From contig MU054212.1 in assembly GCA_013239625.1 (NCBI GenBank), positions 6,360,270-6,424,269 on the forward strand: a stretch of DNA of 64,000 bases, given 5' to 3'. The notes beneath the pieces were generated by a model. It made no database searches and was not told where the DNA came from. It worked only from the letters and a program-made list of their open reading frames with translations. Shown here one piece after another: positions 39,587 to 52,447 of this stretch. The DNA comes from Lama guanicoe (Eukaryota). The position numbers and the translations under genes were made by a program. How positions within the stretch are numbered: position 1 is the first letter of the stretch; every line of letters starts with the position of its first letter.

Positions 39587-40739
39587 GACAGTAACCCAGG
39601 AAGAAAGCTGGTTATTGCAGCACAGAGCAGACACAGAATTTAAGTCAAGAATATTATGAATAAACTTTGTGTCTCTTCCAAAGAGACTTTATGGGTAAAA
39701 GTCATCAAAAATCAACTTATGCTTTGAGATGCTAGGATATGGAACCAGTTGTCACCTTTTGCCCAAGGTGAGTGGAAGGGCCAAGTGAGAGCACAGCTCT
39801 GCTTACGTGTTTACCTTCTCAAGCAGAACACGGCTGTGACTCTGAAGAAAAACAGACTCCAACGATCAGATAAATTTAATTGAGAAACGAGTGCAGCCAA
39901 AACTTATTCTTCTACATTTAAGAATCAAGTTTAGCATAACTTCCAACAATTTCACTCGGCTTTTAAAAATTAACTGAATATAATCATCGTAGCTTTAAGT
40001 CATTTCAAAATTATTACTCTATATATGATGCTTAGGTCCCAAGATTTCTTTGCTATGCTCCTTTGATTGACTTAAAAGTAAAACCCTAGATTAGAGGGGG
40101 AAAGAACCTTTTTTTTCTGAAAAGAAAGTGCTGGCTACTGACACGGGGAGGGGGCAAATGTGCACTCCTGTTTGAACTCCTTGCATCTCTACTCCTGGGA
40201 TGCGTCCGACTACTGCTGGGCGCTGACTGGCTCCTGTTGACTCCTCTGCTCTTTGGATTTCATGATGCTGACCTTGAACTGCCACCCTGGCTGGGATTAA
40301 ACCACCACCTCCCTCGCCAGTCTATTCCAAGGACCACCAGGAAACCACACACCTTTTAGGAGGTTTGTAAAGGACACTTTCCATTTAAATTGTAATGAAT
40401 GGAATCTAAAGCTGGACGCCAAACAGCGACACAGTACTTAAGTGCATTGGTTTCATAAACAGGAACGTCTTCTGCCTTGGAGCTGCCCTGAATTAGAGAA
40501 TCCAGCAGCCGTGGGTGCCTCAGACCATTCCCACTTATGCTGACGCTGGAGTTCCCTCCCCAGTATTTCTGCCGCATGGATCGTTGCAGAGAAATATTCA
40601 TAAATACTTCCGGGGAGATACAGAAAGGCCATAAAGTTCAACCCAGAGTCCTTCAGATAGAGGGCAATGAAAGGGTCGCTAAAATTATATTTAGCTTTGC
40701 CAGTTCATTTGTTTATCCTGATACCAGCTGCACTTAGAG

Positions 40740-42140
40740 TTGCCATCCTTGAGCTCCACATTTATACATCCATCTGCCTTCTGGATATCACCAGCTGAAT
40801 GCATCATGATAACCTGAAAACCTGATATACCCCAGAATTATGATCTTTCCTCCAAAAGCCCCTGCTCCTCCTTCCTCAGCCTCCCCATCAGCCCAGCAGT
40901 CACTGCCAATGGCCCTTCCTCCCTCATCACCTACGTCCAACTTCTCAAGTCTTATGGATGCCTGTTGATTCAGACGCAACGGAATGTAGTTATTAGCAGT
41001 GTGGAATCAGTTCACATCCCAAACTGCCACTTACTGGCTGTGTAAGTCAGCAAGTTACTGAATGTCTCAGTGTTTTCAGTCCTCTCGTCTGCAAAATGCA
41101 GATGATGACAATACGAACAACAGTGTCTACTTCCCGGAGCTGTCGTGAGGATTAAATGATGAGTAAACATAAAGCACTTACACCAGGCACCTGGTACATG
41201 GTAAGCCCTCAATTAATCTTAGCTAACGTTATTGTCATTTTTCTAACTCAGTCTCTCTTCACTCCATCCCTTTCTATACATCTCCTCCATTCTCGGCTTA
41301 GTACAGGCTCCCACCAGCTCTCAGTAGGGATATGGTGAGTTTCTGTCTAGATTCTGGCAGCCGGTTAAACTAGCTTCCATTTTGCTGCAATTAGAGTCTT
41401 TCAAATGCAAATCTGCTCTCATTATTACCCTGCTTGGAAATCTTCAATGGCTCTTCACTGCTAAGAGAAAAAAGTCCCAAATCCACAGAGTACAGCATGG
41501 AACCCTTCCTGACCTGGCCACAGCAAGCACTCTGGGAAGGTCTGAGGCATGGGAGCTCCAAAGAAGGACTCCATCGGTTTCATCCTGTTGCCTAGAATGC
41601 CCTTCCCCCTTAGTTGTTCAAGATAGAAATTTCAGAGGCCAACACTGCCTCCCCTGTCATCTTCGCAAGAGATCTGTTCTTCCTTATTTTCTTCCAGTGC
41701 CACCTTAATGTTAGAGGACAGTCTCAAGCCCATACAAGACCTGTGCAAGCCTGACTCAGGTTCCCTTTCCAGCATGTCATCCTCCAGCATGGGACACAAA
41801 CGGAGCTACCCGGGGTTCTCTGGAGCAGACTCCGTAAGGGATCTGCTTCTCTGTACGTGCTTCCTTCCGTCTGGGATGCTCTGGTATCCTTTCTCCACCC
41901 GGGAAAACCCCATTCTTGGTGAAGTCCTTGCTGGTGTCTTCCTTCCACCTTCCACCCCACAGAGGGGATGTCTCCTTCTCTCACCCTCTTGGCACTCTGT
42001 ACACATCCTGCCCAGGGTCCTCCTAATTGTAATGACATTTCATAGTTGGGCGCCCACCTTCCGTGTTAGGCTGGGAGCTCAAGGTCTTGGCAGCCCAAGT
42101 ACTTAATACGAATGCTCTATTTACATTTGCGGAATGAACT
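40740..42140 (+). mobile_element. L2 interrupted by a MIR (~40980-41240)
   Basis: ctgccttctggatatc; caaatgcaaatctg...tcttcaatggctc L2 motifs; MIR tctcagtgttttcagtcctctcgtctgcaaaatg...ctggtacatggtaagccctcaat. Confidence 0.65.
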
Positions 42141-42379
42141 TCTGTGTAATTGGCATTCTGCTGTCATTTTTCACTCTTTAAATAAAGAATGAGAGTCTCA
42201 CTATGTGACATGATTTCTTACAGAACAGAGTTTGGGATTCTGTTCCTCTGCTAATGTAAAACTCAAAGTGTATCGACCCCTGGCATAGACTGCTAGTAGA
42301 AAGTTAATGTAAAAAGATGGGCTCACCCTATGAGGCAATTAAAAAAAAAATCTGAATGAAACAGTCATAATTAAATTTG

Positions 42380-42890
42380 GAATCATAGAACTTTAGAATT
42401 TAGAACTAGAAGGAAGCTTGGAAAACCTAAACGCCACCTGCCTTCATTTTACATCTGAAGAAATGTTCACAAGGTTCCCCATCAGTGGCAACAGAGGACT
42501 TCCGGCTTCTTAGTCTTAAACCATGCAATCCCATTCCACTAGATGAAATGGAAAACTGAACCGCCCATTCTATAAATGATTTACCCAGATCTCACAGGAG
42601 CACGCATGCAGTGCACCTGAACTGTACACCTCAATGTAGTTTCAGAGCAAACGCAGCCCAGGTGACTACCGTGAAGAACAGGAAGACAGATGGCTGGTTC
42701 TGAAGTCTGAGTGCAGAGTTTGAATCCCGGCCCAACACAGGCTGTGTGATCCCAGTTAAGTACAGTAATCTGGGAGGCAGTTTTCTAATTGAAATGCAAC
42801 GAACGGCACTTCATAAGCTGTTCCGAGGATTAAATGAGAATGTTGATGAGTGCATTAAGTGAATCATAAGCCACACGATTGCCAGAAAGT
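42380..42890. mobile_element. Cluster of MIR fragments (minus ~42380-42530, plus ~42690-42890) with a possible L1ME remnant between
   Basis: agaactagaaggaagcttgg...cattttacatctgaagaaa; gagtttgaatcccggccc...gaggattaaatgagaa. Confidence 0.5.
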
Positions 42891-44879
42891 AATAAAATAA
42901 ACTTTAAGGTAAAGTACTAGCTGACACTGTGGGCTTTTTTTTAGCACCACACACTAGTCACTAGCTAATTGTTCTGTTTATCCTTACACCCTTCTCTCTT
43001 TTTTTTTCCCACTGTAGCACTTGTTCCACTCATTAGAATTGTGCTACATCCTAAGTAAGGAAAAGAAAGGTAGGTATTACTTGAATTCACAAAAATTCAG
43101 GTTTTTTTTTCAGGTTTTAATCCAGTGACAAAATACAAATATCTCCTTAAAATAAGGTTACGAGTTTATTATCAGCCTACAGCTGTATAACACAGATTGC
43201 TACTTCCTCGTATGCTCAGACACAAGCTCAATGTCAAGGAAGCACAGAATCCTCAAGTCACAAAGGGCATCTGGGATCATCTAAATTCTATCATGTCTTT
43301 AAAGCATATTTAAGTGAGAAGCTTACCTAGAAAAAAAGTCACAAATTATTATACGATTTTATACTTCAACACACAAGTTAATTATTTCATAGCTCATACT
43401 TTACTATAGATTATATTTGCCTGTTACTAAATAGAACATTTGAATGTTCCATGGAAGAACATTCATATGCTAAAATCTATGCTACATTAAACTTGAGATA
43501 AATACTTAGCTTATGACACCGAAATCAACACAGAAATATTATTAAAGATTTCTCCCTTTGGTCATTAAATCTCACTGATCTTTATTTAGCACATACAATA
43601 ACATATAAACATGTGAACACAGTGTAATTTCTACTTGGGATCCCATTATTAGGAAAGAGACCATAGTTACTTACAATTATAAACTAAGATGCTAGAATAA
43701 GATCAAAGTAAAGGTCAAGAAAGAGGAAATAATCATGGATGTGCCCCAGGCTACAAATCAGTATTGCATGAATTTGGTTCAAATAAAATCAGTTTACCAG
43801 GGCCTGATATATTTCAAACCAGCAAGGCAAAAAACTGGCATTAACAATATAGAGATATGGAGTATATTTGGAACTGGATAAAATCATTGTCTCTCAGAAT
43901 ACATATTCAAATATATCGAATAAAATTTTTAAAGTAAAGCTTCACGTATGGCTTTATTCTGCTGTCAACTTAATACATAAACAGAACTTGTAAACATCAG
44001 ATGTTTTACCCATTTTCCTTCGTGAAACATCCTTATAACATTCTCTTAATTCAGCATGTTGTCAAATAGTACTTATTAAGCACTATTCTCAGCAAATGAA
44101 ACAGAACAGCCCCTTGTTCTGTGCTGTAATTTGGCACAGACAACGTCCTCACAGGCCAGCCTTCCAAAGGGTCTATCAGAGCTGTTCTAAAGAAAGATCA
44201 CAACAGTAAGGCCCAAGAAAAAGGCACTTAAAATTCTGTCCCAGTCCCAATTTAGTGTCTGTGATTGAGGAAAGTGTCAACCAAATCATCACTCGGCCCC
44301 TCCCTCCCACTATTTTCACCCCAACGGGTTGGCAAACATCAGTTACCACTCACTTATATATTCTCCACTATAAACCTGCTTAGGATTTTCTATATATTTC
44401 ACTTATAAACTCTATCAACTTCAGCAACTCCCACTTAAAAAAAAAAGAAGGAAAAGAGAAACGTTTCCATATTTAGTGATAGGAAACACAGTGACGTAAC
44501 CAATTCGTTAAACTGCCGTGGCGGCACAAAGTTCTATTTGGAGACTTTTCCCATTAATGGCTGCGGAGATTTCCCTCGGACAAGAGCTTTTTATTTTTAA
44601 ATGTGATTTATCACTGTCTTGGGTAAACAGTGATTCCAAGTACACAGGATAGACATTGCAGAAGGGGGTCTCGGCTTTGGTAGTCTGCTGATTGTCCAGG
44701 TCTAAGAGTCTCTTTTCGTGGCTACAAGAATTCATTGTGTGCTCTGTACTGTCTGGTGGTTCACAGCAGAGAAAAGAAGAGAGGCATGAAAGAGTCAAGA
44801 AATACGAGATATTTCTGTGACCGAGATTTTAGGTCCGTTAGTTGTTTGGTGAATGCGTGGAACCAACCTCAAAAGAACA

Positions 44880-45400
44880 AGGGCCTGTCACGGGCCCAGG
44901 CTGTCCGGTCCAGTCAAAGATCCACAGACCAGCCAATCTGCCTACGATTCCATGCCTTGCTCTCTTTCGCAAGAAGTAATTCTTTTTATCTAACCACGTC
45001 TCTCTGGAACCATTTCCCCTTCTTCAGTTCTTAGTGAGAAAGGAAACAACCAACCGCTCGGGGTCCTTCTCATGACAACCCTTCACACATGCGAAGACTT
45101 ATTAAGTGGCCTCTTGAACTTCTCTTTAAACTGAAGACTCACAACTCCCTCACCCTTTCCTCATGGGCCTTATTGTTTATAGCCCTTCTGTTCCTGCCAT
45201 CGCTCTTCCCTGGACCCTTTCCAGTTGTCTGTCTTTAGTCCTAGCGTCCGAAGAGAAAATAAAATGTTGACTGATGGCCTGGCCAACAACGGGCAAAGCA
45301 GGATTATTTCACTGCTCTTACAAATTGTATTCTTTTACTGATATTAAAATGTGAATCTCAGGATCTAAAGAAAAATACACACATGACAGCAATTCTCGCC
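44880..45400 (-). mobile_element. CR1/L3 LINE remnant
   Basis: caacccttcacacatgcgaagacttattaagtggcctcttgaacttctctt...ccctttcctcatgg...ctggacccttt. Confidence 0.6.
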
Positions 45401-45799
45401 TCAACTTATAATTCACTTTATCGTCTACAGGCTTGTTCTTTCCGTTTCCTTCTGCTGCACATGGGTTTCAGTCTTCAGATGTGTTCCTACTTTATTCTAT
45501 GGAAATTCCTCTTTGTAATTCTCCTAAGAGCTGTCACAACTTGATCAACTCAATCAATTTAATATGACCTGAATAGCTGATGAGTTTGTCACTTATTTTA
45601 TCAGTTCACTCCTAAGCTTGTATTATTACCCTCATTGCCCCAACTTCCCACGATAGCTGCTGGGAGCTCCAAGTTTAGGAGAGCCGTATACAATTGCCAC
45701 GGCAAAGCAACAAAGTGGGTATCAAATTAACTAGGATAGGAGCTTTGCATTGGTGAAGTTAACATTCTGCAAGAAGCACAGCTCATTTACGAAAAATTA

Positions 45800-46010
45800 A
45801 TAGTAACTACCATTTAGTGAGCAGTGATGATTTTCCCAGGAACTGTGTTAAGTGTTGTCTCTAAAGGTCAATAGCTCTATAAATTCTTGTCCACAAATTT
45901 ATAGATGAGAAAAATGACAGCTCAAAGAGGTGAAATGACTAGCCCAAGGTGCCTCTGTTAAGACGTGACAGAGCTGGAGAGAGACCAGTAGCGCCTGCCT
46001 CCTGTAGTTA
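45800..46010 (-). mobile_element. MIR
   Basis: ttatagatgagaaaatgacagctcaaagaggtgaaatgactagcccaagg. Confidence 0.65.
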
Positions 46011-46799
46011 GATGTGCAAATCAAGTGCTCACTTCTCCAGTGGGGACAATGGTGACATCCAAGGTAGCTGTGGTCTGGGTGTAACACCACTAGCACGAAC
46101 AGAAAAGCTGGTAGAAGCAACATGCTTACCACCCACAACCATACAGGCAAGTTTTGACTGCAAACAACTGTATCATTATACTGTCATGTCATGAAAATTA
46201 AAGTCAGGCACGTGGAAGATAAGTGATACTCTGGGTTTAAATTAAGCATCTAAACTTGGAGAGAAAAACTGGCATTAAACTCACTGAGACAACTCAAATG
46301 ACTCACAAATATTTCCTATTTTCCTTCCAACCATAAAAAATGTGACCTTTCAAAAATGCCACATCATTTACTGATGTATTAAAGCTATAGTTTCTAAATT
46401 TGAAAGTTAAAGTTCTTAGGTCTCAAAAAAGCTCCAACATACAACAGCATGAAGAAAGGGAAGGAAAGGGGTGCAGTGCAATTTAAGAAAAACTGCATGA
46501 GAGAATATGACTATATATGGAGGCAAAGTATATTGTAGAGCGTTCTAAAAATGGTGGATTACGTAAGAGGTAAAGGAAGCCATCCCTTTAAAAATATATA
46601 ATGCCATCAAAAATGTGGTGATCTTTGAGAGATAGAGCAGCCACCTGGAGGAAAATTATTAGAACAGCATGACAGCTGGTAAATGAAAATAGTTGAAAAA
46701 CTTATGATATTTGCAAGTTTGATAAACTGTGTAACCTTCCTAAAGGCCACACATCATTAGAGGCTTTAATTATAATAAGCTGGCAAATTTAAACATGAT

Positions 46800-47090
46800 A
46801 TTGTAATAGATCACTCTGGGGGATTCTCTGTAGTTTAATCCTTCACCGTTAAATGTTACTCTTTCCCCACAGAGAAGGAACCCCAGATGCAACATTTGAA
46901 CTACACGCCCAACTTCCGGGACACAGGTGAGTGACTCGAGGCTGGATACATGACCCCAGATGAGCCAGTCAGACCATTTGCCATCTTTGCAGTTCCTCAC
47001 TTCATCCTTTGCTGCATTCTTGCCCTCGGATTTCACGATACTCCTGTATTCTTTTCTAAATAAGCAGCTTGAGTTTGTCTTTAGCATTTG
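46800..47090. mobile_element. Old MLT1-type LTR remnant
   Basis: atacatgaccccagatgagccagtcaga...cttttctaaataagcagcttgagtttg. Confidence 0.35.
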
Positions 47091-48799
47091 CAAAGCTCTA
47101 GCAAAAGTTTACATTTTCAAAAGCATTTACGGAATGAATTTTATGTTTCTCTGTGTGCTGTCCCTTTCCCTGAAAAGATCTCTCTCTAAAAACGAAGACT
47201 GCAGTGATCACTTCCTTTTATTAGTTGGGGGGAAGCAAGGACAAGGTCAGTTTTGGAGCTGTCTAATCCATTGCCCATGTTAACACATGTCATCTCCATC
47301 AAAGAATAAAGGGAAATGATGCCGCAGTTCAAATCTGTATTCACTGTGAGGCTTTTTGTATATCAGTAACAAGTTAATTCAGACTATCATTATTCAAAAG
47401 CTATTAGAAATTTACTCCTCTTAGAACTCCCGAGCGGTGTTCTAAATCATCTTAGTGACTCTGACACCAACGACCCAACACTTAGGGTTATTTCTATCAT
47501 GAGACTCCAATATAAATAGTTCCTAAAACAACTTCCCCATTTTGCATAATTATGGCCACCTCCCAGAATCGCTGTTACCAGCACTCAATAACCAAGCCTA
47601 CACCTTTCCTAACAAAACAGATCCCTTCTGCAAAGGTAGCCGTGGTCACCTCGAAAGGAGAGGCTGCGTGCCCTTTTGAATTCTGGTGCTGCCAAGATAT
47701 TTTTGTGTCTCACAACACAGCACTGTCAGGTTCTACAAGTGATCTCAACTGACAGAAGCCAGAGAGCACTTCAGTTTGTCGGCTGCGTTTCCGGCCCAGG
47801 TTCTTGACAACATGTTAATCTATGAGGATAAAGGACACTTTACTTCTTCAAGGAAAAGCACTGATCCAACAAGAGGTGAACTTTAATGCTGAACGAACGG
47901 CCATTCCAGCTTACCCCTTCCTGGTTCAGGGGAAGAATGACCTTCTTTCATCTTTATTGCTATTGGCCTAAATTACATGTGAAAAAAGCAAAAAACAGCT
48001 AAATACTTGGCCACTTTCTACATGACAAAGATTGGTGAACACAGTCGAGAGCAGAAATCATGGTCTGTGCTAGACAATCCAGTAGCATGAAAACAGAGGC
48101 ACATGACACGGTAATAATTTGGTTTCCAACAGCGTGTCACAGTCCCTTTGTTTGAACTCTGAAACACGATGGATATCAGAGGCAGTTCTAAGAAGCCTTG
48201 GCCTCTTCTGTTAGCAAACACATAATAGGTCAGTTGTCATGGCAGACTCACGAGTCAAGTCCTAGAACACCGTCTACATATCCGTGTGTCCTGCAGTACT
48301 GCCACGAGAATGGACGACAGTGTTGCTGAGTGAACGCCAAGTGGTAACTGGAAGAAACAACTAACGTTGAAGTGCAACTCTGCATGTGTTCAGACCCAGA
48401 GCACAGACCAAAGACAGCCACGGTAGAGTACGCTGGCATTTCACGGTACCTTACAAATGTGAGATCCAGCCTTTAAAATGTTGTCTTACCAAATGAATCC
48501 GACTACAACACAAATGCAGGGTGCAGATAAACACACTGATGGAATGGAAGATGTGGACCCTCGTGGCTTTGAAAACTGTGTTTGACTCGATCCTGAAATG
48601 TTGAAGAATAAAAGACCTGTACACGAACACTGTACTCTAACTGTTCCTCACAGGCTGCCCGTTCGGAAATCCTCTCTTCTCTCTCTATCCCCATCACCCA
48701 CAACATACACACTAGGGTTGAACAAATAAGCAAATACATTGAAAGCAAGGGAGCCTCGGCCTGGCTGGCACCTTCAGGAGAGTCACAGCCTTTCTAGGT

Positions 48800-49915
48800 T
48801 CTTTTGGGGTTCCAGATGAGATAGAGTAAGGAATGTCACTCTGTCTTTCCACTGAATGCAACTGCAAGTCCTGGACAGAATGTGTGGAGCAGGACCCTGA
48901 GGACTTTGAAAAGCAAGCAGCTGGCAGACTAGGGAAGGGGATAAGAATCCAGCGTAGCAAAACACCAGAGTCTTCAAGCAGTCCAGTGGCAGCGGTGTCA
49001 GGAGCCGGGCAGGTCCCTAAAACTGAGGAGGGGAATCCTCTCTGATCGGGATTAGTGGTCCCAAGAAGATGGGCAAATCACTCTTGCTTTTTTGTCTCTC
49101 TGTCCTCTGGCAACATCACCCTGACACAGATGCAACTACAGGAAGCACAGGGCAGAGAGGAAAACTAGATCTTTGACTTCTTGGGTAGAGGCCTGGGAAA
49201 GGGGCCTTGAGGAGCCAGAAAATGCCAGTAGGATCACAAAGAGAAGGGAGCCCGAGAGAGAAGAAATTTCATAAAGTTGGACAGAACTCCTGGGCTCACA
49301 TCCGAGCTGCACGTGGTTCTGACCTTCAAAAACCCACCAAATGCCTGGAGAACGAACTGCAGCACAGACCAATGCCCGGACCCCGACTGGCTACGAGGTG
49401 GGGCACAAGGAAGTCAGATCCAATTAGCACTGCAAAGGCTGTGCAAACTGAACTGACACGGGAACCACGGCCCCAAAATGCAAGCTGAAACTTGTAGCCT
49501 GAACCTAACCTGTTCAATACCTGCTAACACAAAACAAAACCAAAATCAATTTTCTGCTTAAAATTTAAACGAGACTTCAAGACCTTGAGTCCCATAGCAG
49601 AACACTCAATGTGTCCCAATTCAAAACCAAAATTATGTGGCATACAAACGGCCAGAGAGTCGAGATGAAAATATGAAATACGAACTTGGAAGGGAAAAGA
49701 TAGACATCAACTCAAATACTGGACTTCAGAGACAACGACTTTGAAGCAGCTGTTAAAACTACAGTTTAAGAAGTAACAGTGAACACTCAGGAAATAAATA
49801 GACAAAAAGTCTCACCCTCAAATGAGAAAGTATAAAGAAGGAGCAAACGGTAACATTAGAGCTGAAAAACATAATAACTAAAATAAAATATTAACTGCTA
49901 GAATCTACAGCAGAA
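48800..49915 (+). mobile_element. Ancient L1M 5' UTR + start of ORF1
   Basis: tccactgaatgcaactgcaagtcctggacagaatg...gaggactttgaaaag; gactttgaagcagctgttaaaact...tagagctgaaaaacataataactaaaataaaa. Confidence 0.6.
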
Positions 49916-50729
49916 CAACACGGAACATGGAACCAGCACAACTTTACAGTCTCATAAACTGCTCATTTAGATGTGTGTTCGTAAAGCTTTCGGGGTTTTA
50001 AAACTAGAGATTCTCAAGAATCTTATTACAATAAGAAGAGGACATACATTTATCTACATCTTTCTAACCTAAAAGAAACACTTCAAATGAACAGCTGGAA
50101 CATCCAGCTTGAGTCAAAACAAGGACTCTTTTCGTAGCCAAATATCAAAGTCCTTTCTTATCCAACTAATGGAGCTGATGGAGCTGCTAAAGTCAAATGT
50201 CATTTCTGTAACTTCAAACAGCTTCATATTAGGACTGTTCACATGCATCACCCTATTCATTCCAAGGGTTCTTCCTGAGTTTTTTTTCTCTTGAATTTTA
50301 TTTCTAAATTAAAGCAAAGCAGGATCATAGTTTAGCGAAAAAAACATTATTCTGATTAGACATCATCTGACTGAAAATGGAAAAAAAACCCTCAAGTGTG
50401 AGAGGGGTATTTATGGTGAACATGTAATTGTGAGATCCTGAGAGGGTAGAGATTTTGAAGACAGAGAAACAGATTCAAATCCTAGCTCCCTCACCTACTT
50501 TAAAGTTTATCATGGAATTAACTGAGAATTGCCACATATAAGCTCCCAACTCTGCCCTCTGCACACAGGGAGCCCTTAAAATATGGGTTGAGAGAAAGTA
50601 ACTGTATCACATGGCTCTTCACTTCACACGTGGATTTTAAACCATTATAATGATGCAGAATCATTAAAATGACGAAAGTGACAAATGGGCAACAAACAAG
50701 TTTAACCAACCAAAGTAATGTGTAACGGT

Positions 50730-50905
50730 TAAGACAGCATCAGACAGCGCTGGGAGACACGGGCTTGAGTTACACTTCGACCATTACTCAGCCAGCGACC
50801 TGGACACAAGTACATAACCTCAGTCTTTGCCTCCCCCTCTTCCAACTTACCAAGGGGACACAGTGGGACCGCCTTAGGGCTTCCTTCTAGCTCCAGAGTC
50901 CTGCC
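50730..50905 (+). mobile_element. MIR/MIR3
   Basis: gacctggacacaagtacataacctcag...ttccttctagctccagagtcct. Confidence 0.5.
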
Positions 50906-51451
50906 ATGCGGCACTGAGGACTTGAGAAAGGGCTGAATGAGAAAGTGTGTAGAGAGATTAAAAACTGCCTGCCATGAGTTCTAGACGGAAAGGAAGGAGG
51001 AGAAAGCAACTCCAGTCTGCAAGCCTTCGACACGTGACCCCGAGCTCTTCGGTGTCTAAAACTCCACAACCAGAGATGCCGGTGGAAACTGACTTTCTAG
51101 AGTGATTCAAGGTCAAGAAGAAAGTGAGCATTGAGGACGATGAACGTCAAAGATGATGATTATACCCTGAAACAGGATCCAAGCCGAATGTCCCTGAGGT
51201 CAAGGCCATCCTATCTCCGGATATGGGGACAGATTTACCTACAGATAAGACAGAAACTAGGGGGCTATCAAACACCAGAAAATGGGACAAAAGCTTCAGT
51301 CACTGTATCTACTTCCTTCTTAAAAATCCAATACAAGTTCAAACAGATGTTTTTACAGAATGTTTCCATTTTAACTTCTTTGGAAATGCGCTTCTATTTG
51401 GTTCCTGCGCTCTTCACATCACTAAACTAGGCAAACTGAACTCACCTTTTT

Positions 51452-51596
51452 TGGGGTTGGGGGAGGTAATTAGATTTGTTTATTTATTTATTTATTCATT
51501 TATTTATTTTTAATGGGGGTCCTGGGGATTGAATCCAGGATCTCGTGCATGCTAGGCACGTGCTCTACCGCTGAGCTATACCCTCCTTCTCCCACT
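51452..51596 (-). mobile_element. Camelid SINE (Vic-1-like)
   Basis: ctggggattgaatccaggatctcgtgcatgctaggcacgtgctctaccgctgagctataccc; 17-bp TSD with 2 mismatches at 51435-51451 and 51597-51613. Confidence 0.92.
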
Positions 51597-52352
51597 ACTG
51601 AGCTTACCTTTTTGTAGGGTTTATTACCCTCGTATTTCATCAAAAGCAATTGGATTGGTCTCTGTAAAACGGCAAACTAATGTCCAATAGCTCAGAATAA
51701 CCAGAACCCAGCGCTCTTAAAGCCTAGAGTAAAAACAATTTATTGAACAAACTACTTCTCCCACCAAAAATGTGAGCAACTAAACATGTAGAACGCCCCC
51801 CACCCCCATTTCTATATTCTTTTTTTATCACTTGGAGAGGAATGAACTTCAGCTGCCATCTCTACTCACAGCAAAAAATAAGGAAGGGAGAAGGCCTATA
51901 ATATACAACTAAATAAGAGACAAAAAGAAATCGGCTTCATCTGGCAGAGAAGGTCTGTTCGCTCTGGTCTAACCCTAGGCTTCCATGCAAGCTAGCAGCC
52001 TAGGGATGGCCACCAGCCTCGTGAATTTACGGCTTCAATCCATGAACTTCCTTCCACAAGGTCTCGCTAAGCCCTCACACTTTCCTCACCTTGGCCGGGT
52101 GCCTGGCTCCCATGATGACAGCTAGCACTCCCCCACGTGGCCCCCCTGCCCCAGAGGCAGCTGGGCCCTTTAGCAAACTGACTCTTCCCCCTCAGGGAGC
52201 TGTCAGTCCCACCAACTGCGCTGGGAAAGAGGGGGTCAGAAATAAGATGGCCCCCCATCTTTTCCTGACCTTGGAACAAAAGTGTGTCAAGAACAAAAGC
52301 TTGTCAAATCCTTATCAGGAAAGATTACATGAAAACCAGGAACTGACTCTGG

Positions 52353-52384
52353 TGTGTGTATATATATATACATATATATACATG

Positions 52385-52420
<36 letters not shown>

Positions 52421-52447
52421 TATAAAATCATATACATATACATATAC
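52353..52447. repeat. Compound (TA)n/(CA)n microsatellite
   Basis: Directly visible. Confidence 0.9.

Noticed and set aside
44101..44122. Glucocorticoid/androgen response element (AGAACA...TGTTCT)
   Set aside because: The spacer is 6 nt rather than 3
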